NCBI GenBank assembly: GCA_973895155.1
Contig: OZ316897.1
Coordinates: 4,915,976 to 4,979,975 of the forward strand
Length of the DNA: 64,000 nucleotides
Reading direction: 5' to 3'
Source: Marsupella aquatica
Taxonomy: Eukaryota > Plantae > Marchantiophyta
Positions 36,201 to 52,104 of this stretch are shown piece after piece (within the stretch, counting starts at the first letter, position 1; the number at the start of each line of letters is the position of its first letter). Below the pieces are notes generated by a model. The model made no database searches, was not told the origin of the DNA, and was given only the letters and a program-made list of their open reading frames with translations. The position numbers were made by a program, and so were the translations under genes.

Positions 36201-37932
36201 CGCCCTCATCAAGCGACAAGTCTTCGGACCACTCATACAGGCTTCCCCAGGTAACAATTACACTGACTCTTGCTTTACATTCATCAGAAAACGGAATGCT
36301 AAAGGAGAAGTCATACGATACAGAGCACGGTTAGTGGCAAAAGGGTATACACAAGTCCCAGGCAGGGACTATGATCTTACATACTCACTCGTGATGGACG
36401 CCATAACATATAGATACCTCATATCATTTTCCATACAACATCAACTTCTTAATATCCTAATGGACGTGGTAACTGCGTACCTGTATGGCACCTTAGACAC
36501 TGAAATATACATGAAAGCACCTCAGGCATTGATCCAAAGAGTGAGAGAACATACTCAGGGGGAGACGTCCCAGAACCTGAATCCATAAATCATGTCGGGC
36601 ATACGACAGATAGTACCTGATACACAGGTTAAAAATCTTCTCATGCAAAGTGGCAATACAACATATATGCAGAAGAAACAAACTGGAAATACAGGACAGG
36701 GCCAACCAACCCTAGCAGTTAGAGTGTTACGCTCTATAAACGGATTAAAGCAGAGCGGAAGGATATGGTATAAAACGTTCCAAACGGAGATGATTAAACT
36801 CGGATTCACCAATACAGATATAGCTCCCTGTATCTTCATCAAACGGGAACAGCAGGAATTTATAATCCTAGCATTATATGTAGATGATGTGAACCTATTC
36901 GGGACACCTACTATAACCAAAGAAACTGTCAAAACACTGCAAGGAGTATTCGAGATGAAAGACCTCGGTGAACCCACATACTGCTTAGGCCTACAATTCG
37001 AGCACCTCCACAATGGCACTTTCATCTGCCAATCAACATATACAGAGAAAATCATCAAACAATTCAATATGCAACTATCCTACCCGGTATCGACACCAAT
37101 GGAGCTAAGGTCTCTTGACCCTGAAAAGGATATGTTCAGGCGCAGACAGGAAAATGAACCCATATTAGGCTCAGAGAAGCCTTATCTATCTGCAGTGGGG
37201 GCACTGATGTACCTTGCGAACCATACCAGACCAGACATCTCATTTTCAGTTAACCTCCTCGCCAGACACAGTGCTCAACCAACAATCCGCCATTGGAACG
37301 GCCTCAAACGGATATTCAGATATCTCCAAGGTACAACTGACCTCGGCCTTTTCTTCCCAAAAGACACCACTGATACCCTCACCGGATACACTGATGCAGG
37401 ATATCTATCAGACCCACAAGATTCAAAATCTCAAACCGGCTACGTCTTCCTGCAAGGCACAACTACGATATCCTGGCGTAGCACTAAGCAATCTATGACC
37501 ACAACCTCATCCAACCACTCGGAAGTCATCGCATTATACAAGGCATGCAGAGAAGCAATCTGGCTCCGAAGCATGATTAACCACATCAGAACCAGCACTG
37601 GACAACCACCGATCACTACGCCCACTGTCATCTATGAGGATAACAAAGCCTGCATCGATCAAATTGTTAACGGCATCATGAAAACAGAAAGAACGAAGCA
37701 TATAGACCCCAAGTTCTTCTTTACCCAAGAACAACAAGGCAAGAACATACAAGTCGAATGGATTCGCTCACAGGATAACAGAGCAGATATATTTATGAAA
37801 CCTTTACCACCCGCTACCCACCGTGAACATGTAGCAGGTATAGGAATGATAAAGCTTTCAGCATTACTCCAAGAAAGACAAGGAAATACCTCAACGACGA
37901 CCAAGGACGAACACAAGAAACGAAACAAATGA
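33292..37932 (+). pseudogene. Copia gag-pol (gag, CCHC knuckle, PR, IN, RT, RH) with frameshifts and stops
   Basis: CYRCGKIGHIRKIC, IIDSGTSH, WHCRLGHP, YRARLVAKG, LYVDD, YTDA, YEDN, ADIF. Confidence 0.94.
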
Positions 37933-38567
37933 CAGAACCTGGAACGAGTTGCCGCCCATAGTGTCGCAACCCCCGCACACAAATAACGAGCGCGTTTACC
38001 TAAAGCTCAGCTTCCCAAGTTCCAGCAGCTCACTTCTGAACGCTACCACCACGAATTCAGTCGGCTCTGAAACAACACCAACCAGGATGCGAAACAAAAA
38101 GCCATGGCGCAACACACTAGAGAAGCATCGCCAGAGACTCCAAGCACACAGAGCTGCAACAACAACACATCGCACACACCAACAAAAAGCGACACGGAAA
38201 TCCGATCGATACACACTGTCTCTATTTTCGTCGACAAACTATGAACTAACGAACCCTTTGTGAGCGAGTTTTAGTTTAGGTTACAATTTTACATAGAGGC
38301 AGGTTCATCTTACACGAGTAATTCCATATAATGGATAGGTAATTGCATCTTACACATGTAATGGCAAATAATTACCCCCCATAAACTATAGGAAACATAA
38401 AATAAATGGATACAGATTGGATCCCCACATGTAATGATGGTAGTACTCTTTCCTTGAGAAGAAAGCAGCAAGGTTTTAATGAGGCTACATCAAAGGGAAT
38501 ACCAATTTAATTCCTTAGGGTTAAACACATGGTTACTTTACACCCCCATAAACTAACCAAGGGGGAG

Positions 38568-38708
38568 TGTTGTAAACCATAGTTTACATATAACCCTAAG
38601 CTAAGGTTACCTTTAACCTTAGACCATGTAACCTCATGGCTATATAAAGCCACACCTTAATGAAGAGTGGACACATTATTCCAAGCATTGGTATCCCAAC
38701 TCTTAACA
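38568..38708 (+). repeat. Copia 3' LTR
   Basis: Identical to 32694-32834. Confidence 0.97.
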
Positions 38709-38723
38709 GCAATCAGCTTGTAG

Positions 38724-40455
<1,732 letters not shown>

Positions 40456-40484
40456 CCCCTCCGCCCTCGGCTAGCACCCATGAG

Positions 40485-42238
40485 CTAAATCCACATTTGC
40501 CCACCCGAAGAAGTAGCCGAGCTCACACTCCTCCCCTTATGGCACCTTGGTGTGCCAATGGCTATCTCTCCGGTCTCCTCCATCTGTGAATCTACTATTA
40601 GCAGCGAGGAGCCCCGCAGCTCAGTCGAGCCATCCACACTCTGCGCAGCAGCACTGTTAGCAGTCCCTCCAATCTCCTTAATCTCCACTTCTCCCCCTGC
40701 ATCAACCGTTATACTATGTGAGAACTTTAGAGACCGTTGTTTTTTAGAGTCATGCACTGCCCGATCCTTTTTTGTGGCCGGCGGAGTTCTCTTCTCTAGC
40801 TTTCTCGCCCGTTCTTTTCCTTTAGTTGATACATACGCCTCATATTTTGACATTTCCATGTCAGTGTCACCATGATATGAATATGCATCTGAATCCATAT
40901 TGTCGCTGCGTGCATCCCTTCTTATTTCAGTCTCCTTAGGAGCTGTCCTCGAACCAGAGGGTTCATAGCATTGTGCCTCCGCATCAAGCCTCGAATTTGC
41001 ACTGTTTTCCTCCACATCTGGCCCTAGAGATATTAGCTTTGTTCTTTTTCCCTGCCTCTTCTTCCAACTGCTCCCGCCCTTCCAAGGGCAAGGATCCCTC
41101 CTTGCCCGCATCTTCCCCCTGCCCCATCTCCAAAGGTGTTTCTCGCAATTGTACCGGGGAAGAAGTCCTTTCCTTACTCATCAGCGATTCAATAGCTACT
41201 ATATCAGCTGTGACAGTGTCCTCTCCTCGCATTGCCATCAGCCCCGCTCCTTGTCTTACTCGCAAGTTCATTTCAAGTTGGGTTCTAAGAACCTCCTCCG
41301 GATCCCCCTCCGCCACTGCATCCAATTCCTCAAGAGTTCCCACCAGGTCCTCATCATTATTCTCTTGATCTGCCTCAGCCACCACATCTCTTCCCTCCCT
41401 GCAATCCCTCGCCAAATGTTCCTTCTTATTGCATCTGAAACAATGATAGGGGATGTTTTTGAACACAATTGGTTGCCATATAATTATGTCTCCACGAATC
41501 TCCACCCGAGCACTATGCGGCACCTCCCGTTCAGTGTCCCACAGAATACATGCTCTATCATGCGGATAGGAGCTATAATCATCTCCTTGTATATAATGCA
41601 ACAACTTCCCAAGTGATTCTGCAATTTTCATACGGCATCCTTCCAGAATCAAAGCCCGAAATGGCAGCTCTATCCATACAGGCAGCTTGGTGAACTTCTC
41701 ATTCCGGATATCAAAAGAAGGGTCCCGTGGGAACATATACCAGTTTATGTTCCAAAAACCAAGGTGCTGAAGTTAGCGCCAAATCTCTATGGTCTGCATT
41801 CTCAAAGACCACTAGATAAAAACTCTTACCAACAAATTTAATTTGCAAAACTGGCCAATTCCTTTCTTCCACCATACGGCCCACAATCCAAGCTCGAAAG
41901 CTTGGCAGCATCGGAGTCCAATCCGTAAAATAACAAAGCATACCGCAGTTATACAGCTGCCTCGCATTGTTCGCTACCTCACCCAAACTCCATTCCACTG
42001 ATGTATACAATTTAGTACTCCAATCTCCAGTAGTAGAAGCCGTCACCTCCTTGAGTATGTTGATACATTCAGCCGATACCACCCCCTCATCCTGCTCAGA
42101 CTCCTCCGTGTCCGCAGCATCACTACCTACGCATGCCGAGTTAGTTTCCTTTTCCCTATGAGGGACATTCGCCACTTCTCGTCTCCCCCCCGTAGTAAGA
42201 GCAGTTGACTCCCCTCTCCGGTGCTCCTCATTCCTCAA
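40485..42238 (-). pseudogene. LINE ORF1 (DUF4283-like + CCHC knuckle)
   Basis: APWF, LPVWIELP, CFRCNKKEHLARDC. Confidence 0.8.
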
Positions 42239-44479
42239 CTATGACCCGCAATTCTTCCCCTTCTCCCGCTCCCGAGTTGCTTTCATCTCTCCCGGATCCA
42301 AAATTCTCTATCGAGCACGATCCGAGTTCGCGTACAGATCAAATGGTTTCTTCATAACTACACTTGATCTAAGATTCTATCCCCGCCCGCCTGAGGGGAG
42401 CGCATAGCTTCTCGAGTCCTGTCTACTATACCTTTATGGTGCCTCCACTCCTAATTCCTGCTATTGTCTCACCTCACTGCAAAACCTCTCTTGTCTATCC
42501 TCTTTGTGTTCCAAGTTGCTCCCTCTCGCTTTCATTTGAGTATACTTTTCAGTATAAGCAAATCTCCAGCTAATCCTATCAAGAAATTAATCTCACCTTA
42601 CGTTAGCACGTTACTCGTCCTCTCTCCAACGTTTCCTTCTTGCCCTCCGCTAGCTCGTATGTCCGGTCTCCAGCCTGCTTTCCGTTCCCGTGATTCCAAA
42701 CCATAGACCGCGTAATCACAGCCTACCCAGCCCACCGACACAGTCTCAATCTTCTTCTATCCTTTGAGCCCCCTCCCAATCCTCCCTTCCTGCTCTCCCT
42801 TCTTCCTCCTCTTCTTTCGTTTCCTCAATTCTCTAAATACCGTTTGTGTTCATGCAAACATCCCTTTCTCCATCATAATCCAAGCCACTTCTCTTCCATG
42901 AGATCAAGCCATCTACTCGTCTGATTCCCGATCTTCGTTCCTCCAAACTCGCCTCACTCCATTCTTATCCCGCTTATTTGACCTTCTCTACTTCCAACCC
43001 CTTAAGCCCTTGCGCAATTTTTGTGTAGAATCCGTGAAGTGAGATTACACTTGTGCAATCCCAAGAAGCACCACTCACCTCCTGCATCCCAATATTGTCT
43101 GTCACCAACTGAAGATATATAGCGCCGCGGCTTGCTTGCTTGCTACAGGACCATGCAAAAATTCCTCCTCTACCTCTTATGTTACTGTATCATTTCTAAT
43201 CTCTCCACTGTGGTTTAACTGCTAAAAAGTGTGTAAGTGCTTCTTTTCTTTCAGTGTAAATCTCCCGCTACCGAGTACTTCCGAGCCCGCAGCCAAGTGC
43301 TTAAAGCCTATTCAACCCTAAACCTAATCAATCATCCCGTAAAACCATTAGCAGGTTGTTGCTAATCTGAAAAAGATTGTCCCGTAAGTAGAACACCTCC
43401 CAATCTTAGATACATCCACAAAAGTCCACTCCTCCCATCAATAATCCCCCTAAGATCAGTCTCAAACCCTGCAAACCTTGTAACTAGTTCTCCAGCTCCG
43501 TCAGTTCCCAGTTCAGTTAACATTAGGGTTATTTTAATCCAATCTTAAGAATTACAAGAATCATAAGGTTTTTCAAAATTAAATTTGGGAATATTATTGG
43601 AATATTCCATTAAGTTAGGGTGTAAAAATCCCCCAGAAAAAAACTTTATTGACTTAAGTTTTAGGGTGTTTATTCCCCCAAAACTTTGTGCGTGATATGG
43701 AACACCCCTTGGATTGAGGCCCCCAAGATGGGATGGACCAAACCAAGAACTGCTTAAGGTTCAAGAGGACCTTAAGGAGCAAAAGGCTATTGTGGCTTGA
43801 CTGGAGGAGTTGGCGGCTTGAGTTAAGAGTTTAAATGACCTGAATAACCAGTTTGTGCAGGCTGCTTAGCAGGTAAATACCGTCACCTTGGATCGGGATA
43901 AGTGGTTGGCGCAACATTAGGCCAACCTTAAAATAATTGGCAACCTCAACAAGAGGTGGAGCCTCTACAAGTCAAGGTAGATGAGGTCTCCAACGAGGCA
44001 GAGGAGGGAACCCGAGACAATCAAGCCCTGTAGTCTCGAGTTACTCTACTAATGAGCTAGCGGGATGGGGCGAGAAATACCTCTGACCAAGGAACTCAAG
44101 GTCCCGGTCCGACAAAAGGACAAACCCAAGGCCAACATCATAGCACGAGCAAGGGATGCTTAGAGAAGGGGGCGGTCAGTCAACTGCAAGGTACATCAAG
44201 AGGGCAATGGCATCTTTTGGCTACCTTTAGCGGCAAGACAACTACCATTAGACACCGATTAGCGACGCAATAGATAGGTTTAGGAAGGCACTCAGTTAGG
44301 ACCATCAAAGGTAGGACAGGATGCCAATCAATAGGTTAAGAGTGATTGGTAGTAAGTTCTAGGGATTAGGGTTGTAGTCAACCATGCCAACATGCTGAGA
44401 GTCAACTAGGTCAGTTTGCTGACAATCATTCACGCCAATTTTGAAGGCCGCGCGACTAGTTAGGTACTTAGACATGGAT

Positions 44480-45176
44480 TGTACAAATAGGAGGTAGTGT
44501 CTCCTCCGGCCCTTTGGCAAGTAGTATTTAAGGGTCCCCTTCTTGCATGGAAGGGGGGCTTTTTGGTTTATTTTAGTACTAGGCAAGATTGCATGGTGCA
44601 TGGGGAGTCCCGGCCTGAGTAGGACTAGAGCACACTAAAGAGTGAGAGCTAGAGTTTGACCTTGTTGGGCAAGTGTTAGACAGGGTCTCGTAGAGACTGG
44701 GCATCAACTACCATTAGGCCTGAGTCGCTTAGAAGACAAGTCAACTGTGTACATGTCAACTTCTTTTTCTGAGTACACATAGCCTTCTCCTGTGATCTTT
44801 GCGGGTAATCTATGTATTGAGCATACCTTGTCTTTAACAAAGGCTCCATTTCAAATGATGCATCGGGTGCGGACTAATGGTTGGGATTGTAAGGAAGTGT
44901 ATATTGAGTACGTTGCGAGTTCTTGTTGTTGGCAATGGCTTGGAAGTCCCAAAGCCGGAAGTTAGTCTGAGTCACTAACTGTGGGTGTATTCCAACAATG
45001 GAATCCAAACATACCTATGATATGATCTATATACATACACATATACAATAATAGTCCAACTTAGGCTAGTATGAGTAAAACTACACCCTCCTTGCCCAAA
45101 ACCTCACCCCTACTGGTGGTTGTACGCACTTAAAGAGTGTTAACCCAAAAATAGGGCCCAGGTTGTTAGTGCAACA
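44480..45176. repeat. LTR-like fragment related to the 58047-60668 solo LTR
   Basis: Shared blocks CATGGGGAGTCCCGGCC, GTCAACTGTG, GAAGTCCCNAAGCCGG, TACCTATGATA; ends GCAACA. Confidence 0.55.
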
Positions 45177-45179
45177 AAC

Positions 45180-46205
45180 GGGCTAAGGCACTCCACCCAA
45201 GGACGTCTAGCTAGAATGTTATGGGCATAGCAAGTTAGTTGCATGCCCATGTGTGCGGGTTGGATTCCAGGTTAGGGGCCAAATATAGGGGGCCAAAGCT
45301 AGTCTGGGGGTGTCGGGTCTCTAGAAGCATATATGAGAGGAGTGATGTCTCCTTGGGGGCCAAGGGCAAGCCCAAGTCATGAGCCATGACACTCATAATA
45401 CCAAGAGGAAATGCCAAATGGAAACAATGATAACTTCTCAATGAGAAGTTCATTGGGGGACTTCTTGGATGCGTTGGAAATCTCTTGCAGAAGACTACAG
45501 CCTCTTGAGATCAGCTGGGTCTGGGGGTGCTATGGATAATCAGGGTTTACGGGGGCTATCTCGCTCACTTGCCAAATCCTGCCAAAACAATAACCAAGGC
45601 GCATTCAGTTTCCCAAGGGAGCTTGAGTTGGGAAGGCAAAGACGAGTAGCCATGGAGGTTGAGTTCCAAGTGCACTTGGCCCCTAGTTTATCAGTTGAGC
45701 AAAAACCTTGGAGTTGGTTGCTAGAGTTGGGGCCAATCTGGTCCTGACATTTTAGGACAAGCTAAGCTACTTGGGCCATAAACATGTCTTGGGGATAGGG
45801 CAGTCAGCCAGTGACGGATAGAAAGTGGGAAGCCAAGCGACACCCAAGGAGGGGTTGTTCTAGATCAATAGTGGGTGTTGGCTCTGGTTTTGGCTTATGG
45901 CGGGCCCAGGAGGTTCTATTTGCTAATCTACTTACCAAAATCTGTCGAGCTTGTGTTAGGATGCTAGTCTTGGAGGCCCTAGATCCTATGGGTTACTTAC
46001 CAAGGTGTTTGGTTGCTTATGCATACAATGAGGACCATTGAGATTGTTAGGGGAGCAAGTGCAGCTTTGTATGGGAGTTGCCGCTGGAGGTGCAAGAGGT
46101 ACCAAGTTGCTTGCTCAAGGAGTTTCATGTAGGCGTTCGCATACCAAGGGCACTTAGGCAAGGGTGTTGGCATTAGTGAGGGTGCTGGGTGGTGAGGTCC
46201 ACCAC
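45180..46205. repeat. Dispersed non-coding repeat, copy 2 (related to 28990-30030)
   Basis: Same collinear blocks as copy 1. Confidence 0.75.
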
Positions 46206-46626
46206 TCAACATTTTTCAAATATTAAACTGAAAGTCAAAAATTTGAAAAGTAACCCAACTAAATTCCCTTGGAAAAGTTGTTTTACCTATCCCACTCTTT
46301 GTGGTTTGGGAAGTCATTTTTTTTTTGTTTTGGGGGGGGGGGGTTTGATGATGTTGAGGCATAATTGTTTTTCCTGGCCTTACTTTAAACACCAATGCCA
46401 TTTGTTTATGACAACTTTAAACATACATGTTTGGGTTTGGGATGGAAATAGATGACATGGAGCAATGATGTGCCAGGAATTTTGCAAACATAGCATTGGC
46501 AAGGAAAAGCTTGAGTTGCCAAGCATCTTGTTATTTATAACACTCCTTCCTGGCAAAAGTGTGGTAAAAGCGGGAAGCTCGTGATCGGCTTCTCTGAATT
46601 GAATAAAGGATGGTCCGCAAACGATA

Positions 46627-47952
46627 ATGACAAGTGCTCTTCTGTCGTTTGCTTCTTGGAACGTATGCAGATTGTGTGACTCAAATAGGAAACAGATGGT
46701 TAAGAATTGGCTCATCTCATTGAAGATACCACTTACAGCACTTGCCTTACAAGAAGTTAAGGTTGACCAGTTTAGATTAGACATAGCCTTAAGAGCTATT
46801 TTGCCCAATTACCAACATTTCTCTTCTGAACCTGATGATGGACGTGGAGGAACATCTTTACTGCTTCACCCATTGCTCACTGTTATCAAATCAGGGACCA
46901 TTGACAAGGGTCGGGCAGTTTGGGTACGAGTGGACCACCAAGAGGGCAAATTTGGCCTGGTAAGTATCTACGCACCTAATCTGGCTAGGGAGAGGGTGCT
47001 ACTTTGGCATGAACTGAAGGCCTCACTATTGCAAGATAATTGGATAATGTGCGGAGATTTCAATATGACATAAAGGTGTAATGATTCTTTGGGTCCTTCC
47101 CCTCTCATTTGCGGGAGGGAGGAGGAATCCTGGAGATTTTTGAAAATGCGTGTTGACTTAGTGGACGCCATTAGCATTAGTAAGAAATGTACTGGTCCCA
47201 ACTTCACTTGGAGAAGGATCATCAATGGTAGGATTGTGCAATCATGACTTGACAAATTCTACTTCAGCGAGCGGGGATGGTGGACAGGAAGTGTAGAAGA
47301 ATTACTGCATGAGGGGAGTTTGGCTCTTTCAGACCATGACCCATGTATCATTAGATGTTGGCTAACAGTTGCAAATACCCAAGATACGCATCTTCAAGGC
47401 TAATGCGGGCCTACTCAAGGATGTAGATAATACGGAAAGGCTCAGGTCTGCCTGGAGAGGGGTCGATGTCAGCAATGCAGAGCCACACATCATGTTTCAT
47501 CAAGCTTGCAGAAGACTAAGGCAGGAGTATATGGCCCAAAGGGAATTGTTGGGCAGAATGGAGGAAGTCATGATTCTCCGTGAGTGGCTATGCTCTCTGA
47601 AACTAGAACTCTTGCACAACTACTCTGATGATGATCTGAAAGATTTTGCTACCACTAAGGAGCAGGTAAGGATTGCGATGAGGATGCCACGCAAAGTTGA
47701 CGTCTCTCACGTATCAAATGGCTGGGCCAGGGAGATGAGCCGTCAAAATTCTACTTTGCCACGCTAAAAACCAAGAGACTAAGAGAGACCATGTCTATGC
47801 TGCTACTCGATGATGGTAGGTCAATTACTCAGGAGAGCCTAATGATGGCGGAGATCGAAAAGCAATTTGAGGCATTATATGAGGCACACGACAAAGTGAC
47901 AAGTAGTGAGTCACGGGAGGTTTAGGCTGCACGGAGGAGGCTGTTCTCCAAC
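46627..47952 (+). pseudogene. Second LINE ORF2 fragment (APE endonuclease), interrupted by DNMT-gypsy copy 2
   Basis: SWNVCRL, LQEVKVDQFRL, IYAPN, CGDFN, SDHDP; clearly homologous to 39862-40455. Confidence 0.9.
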
Positions 47953-48559
47953 TGTCATGCGCATACACATCGCTACACAACATACATCGCTTGTCACATA
48001 CATCCAGACTTAGTCACACTGCCACATCACAAACACAAGAGAATGGAATACAAGTGGAACTCATGTCCACACATGTCCAAAACCCACAATAATCTCAATA
48101 CAATCGGCACAACAATCCCGGTCCATAATACCCCATTGATCCCGCACCGATCTGATCACACATGTATGTCAAGCCAACGCACCTTGCACTACTCAAGGAA
48201 TCCACGTTACACAAGCGGAGCTCACAACCACCATAGCCACACTCAAGCTCCTCTCTCTCCAAGGCTCAACATTGAAAGATGACCTTTCAATGCCTCACAA
48301 GTGAGAAGTACCCTCTCACACAAACCTGACGGAACCTTATCGGCTCATATAGCACACATACCAAACATACAGATCTAGATAATATGATACACTCTAACAC
48401 TACCTAGAATGGTGTGACAGCTATCGTGTGCATACACATCGCTACACAACATACATTGCTTGTCACATACATCCAGACATAGTCACACTACCACATCACA
48501 AACACAAGAGAATGGAATACAAGTGGAACTCATGTCCACACATGTCCAAAACCCACAAT
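47953..48559 (-). repeat. Terminal A-gc-B-A structure: 138-bp direct repeats 47953-48090 and 48422-48559
   Basis: About 6 differences between the copies. Junction (rc) CACGATA-GC-TGTCACA. Confidence 0.9.
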
Positions 48560-51500
48560 TGCCCCCCTAGCTGGAAGTAAGGTCCCCTAACTCTAGCTAG
48601 CCATGAGTTCTACAAGGTTGATATACACCTTTTTAGGTGTGAAGATTAGGAGGCCGGGTGCAAGTGAGCCCCATCGATCACTTACCTGCAATCCATATCT
48701 GCCAAGAGAACACAAATGATAACTAGTCGGCTTCACCGACACTGAGGACACAACCATGATCCACTAGGAATCACCTGCAATGGTGGTGTCAAACATGACA
48801 TGTGCCATCCTCTAGAACACTTATCAAAAATCAACATAGTAGCTGCTCCCTGCGCAGATCCACACAACATACATTTCAAGCTAGCACGAACATGTGCCAA
48901 ACTTGGATCTACTATACCATCAATGTTGGGAAGGTGACATGGTGCACAGTTGCGCACATGATCCTTTCAAACCATACGATCGCGTCCCTCCAACATCAGG
49001 ACACCAGAAGGCAACACTTCATGCACACGTAAGATTGTTCGGCCTACGGTCACATCAAGTGTTGTAGGTGCTGTCTACTGCAAATAAACATAATCACCAA
49101 GATGAAATCGTCGAATGCTTGCATGGTAACCTCCTCCACAAATAGTGGCATACCTCAAAGTATCACGATGTTGGGCAATGGCAAGGTTGTCAAAAGCCAT
49201 GGGCATCACTCTCTGAACCAGAAAAATCCAAACTCCAACGATATCCCAAACCCATGATCGGCAACGGGTGCAACTGGGGAGTGGGAGCATTAAATGATGC
49301 TCTCACTCTATCACATACCACACTTAGCTATCAACTGCTGGACATGAGTGTGCATACCACCCACCAATACTGTGTCTGTAGCAAGCTGTAAGTGCGCTTC
49401 ACACCAAAGTGACCCAACTTCTCGTGTGCATGTCACACCAAATGTACTCGTTGTGATGGTTTTGGTACCACCAACACCCTACCATCATGCAGTACTCTCA
49501 AAAGATGGTTTCCCTCCCATCAAAACCTCTTGGCTCTCTGTAGAACCCTGTCACATTCTTTGGCATCAACATTGCCAACAATAGAACCACTGCGCAGATA
49601 TTCCAACACTCTCACATCATTGTGAATATCTTGTTGTCCAGAAATTACCTCACCAACATCCACATTTGAAGACTCATCATCCACTCCATCCAATGAGATA
49701 GAGTCCATAGATCCATTGTATGCTGGCACCCAACAAAGAAAGGCAGATGCATGCCATCCTGGCACCATCTCCTTATCTGACTCATCATGCCATCTGGCTC
49801 CAGTCTCATCCTGCTGACTGGTACATGGGTTGAGGCTTTGTCAACCCATCTGCATCCAAGTTCATCTTTCCAGGTCTATGTACAACCTGGAAATCATATT
49901 CCTGCAACAACAATGCCCATCATGCAAGCTTCCATGTAAGCTTGCACGACTCCATTAACCACTTAAGAGGCTGATGATCAGTGATCAAGGTGAAGGGGTT
50001 ACCAAACAAGTAGCAACGAAAGTGTGCAACAACCCACACTACTGCCAAACACTCTCCCTAGCCTCATAAGAGCTATACTTAGCCTCTGTTGAATTGTTTG
50101 ATCTACTAGCATAAGCCACAACAAACTCATTCCCCTCATCATCCTTTTGAGTCAGCACTGCTCCAAGTCCTACTCCACTCCAATCAGTGTGTAGCTGAAA
50201 TGGTCTGCCTAAAATGGGTCTTCTCAAAATAGGGGATGATGCCAACCTTTGCTTCAACTCCTGAAAGACATGCTCCTTGTCATCACCCCAAATCCATTCC
50301 TGATCCAACTTAGTGAATATGGTCAAAGGTTTAGCAAGCTGGCTAAATCCTTTAACATACCTCCTGTAGTAGCTCGCCAATCCCAAGAATGCACAAACTT
50401 TACTCACATCAGTAGGACAAGGAATCTGTGTAATGGCCTCCACTTTAGTCTGCTGTACACCCAATCCCCCTAGGTATATAGTGTGGCCCAAATATTCAAT
50501 CTGGTCTTGGAAGAACCTACACTTGCTAGAATGGAGCTTCAACCCATGTGCTCTCAATCTCTCCAACACAATTTGCAAGTGCTGTTGATGTTTTTCCACA
50601 ATAGAAGAATAGACCAAAATATCATCAATATAGCATCTGACAAAATCCAAACCTGCAAGGATTTGATCCATGACTCTCTGGAACTCAGCTGGTACATTCT
50701 TCAATGCAAATGGAAAGAATAACCACTAATACAAATGATCTTTGCCATAAGAATCAATCCCCCAGAATGCTGTTTTGGACCTATCAACGTGCCTAATTGG
50801 AAGCTGATAGTACCCTGCCCTCAAATCCAATGAACTGAAAACCTTTGCATGCCCCACAACATCAAAGATCTCCTCAGGTGTGGCCATGGCATATCTATCA
50901 GATTTTATCTGCCATTAATGGGTCTGTAATCACCACACATGCGCCTATCTGTGTAATTGCCATGCACATCGGCAATATCCTTCTTGGCTGGCATCACTAT
51001 GACAGATGCATACTCCCCATATGAAATCTCCACCTCCAAATCCAGCCTCCAACAAATCTTGAGTTTTGCTTTGAATCAGAGCTCTCTCCATGTCATTGTA
51101 ATGGTATGGCCTACAAAAGATTGGTGCATCACTAGCCAATTCAATCTGAATACCAGGACCCTTTAATGTCCCCAAATCCTTCATGCTAAATGCAAAACAA
51201 TTCCAGTTCCTCTTCAGGAATTGATGCATGCGACGTCTCTCCTCCCCTGTCAACTTAGGGCCAAGCTGTGGTTCCCAACTCTCCACCAAATCCCTAATAT
51301 CTCTTTGTAGGGTAGAAGAGATAGCCGACGATTGCTATTTAGCAGTAAATTGAGCAATCCCTTTCTGCTCAACAATCTGTCCAGCCTTGGCCAATCCTGC
51401 CATAGGTCCATAAATTGTCTGCTCGCCCCCAGCTGTGGTCAATACTGTCTCAGTGGACCACAAGCTCACCAAGGGACAATCAATAATTCCAGTAGAGCGC

Positions 51501-52104
51501 ATCCGTAATTGTTCAACTACTCCCAAGCTGATAATTCAAGTCAAACAATTTAGATCCATTGCTTGACCAAGAACCTGGCGCCACAAACCCTCTGACATAG
51601 AGGCAACTGCAGTGGTGCCAGTAAAAAATCCCATAGCATGCTCTCTCTCATCAGCAGTAGGTTCCACTAACTGCTGGAGAGCTGTGTCCGACACAAGTCC
51701 AGGGCCACTTGCTATGAATGCATATGAAGCATAGTGGCTTACAAGAGTGGGTAATGCACAACGTGGGCGCCCAACTACATTGACCATTGCCAATGGAGGG
51801 CAATCAGGGTGGGTCACACCCTGTGCATGACGCCCTATATCCAAAATATCATCCACCACTAAGGCTGGTGAGCGTGGAATGTTGTCAAATGCACGCTTGA
51901 GCACCTCACATGGGATCAAATTAGTCCACCACAAGCGTGGACGATGTGCATGAGAACCCACACGTGCAGCATCCAATAAGACAGCAGGTTGTGATGCCTA
52001 GACAGGAATCACTCGGCCGGTTAAGTGGGTAAAGCAGGAAGGCACCCTAGGAACACCTTAGTATAGTGACAAAACAAGGAAAATATAAACAATTAGGGGC
52101 AACC

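Larger units (their letters stand above)
32694..38708 (+). mobile_element. Ty1/copia LTR retrotransposon (Bianca-like), structurally complete
   Basis: Identical 141-bp LTRs (TG...CA), TSD GCAAT (32689-32693, 38709-38713), PBS, and PPT AAGGGGGAG (38559-38567). Confidence 0.97.

Noticed and set aside
43521-43670. Interstitial telomere (TTAGGG-like motifs)
   Set aside because: Only scattered single motifs, no tandem array.
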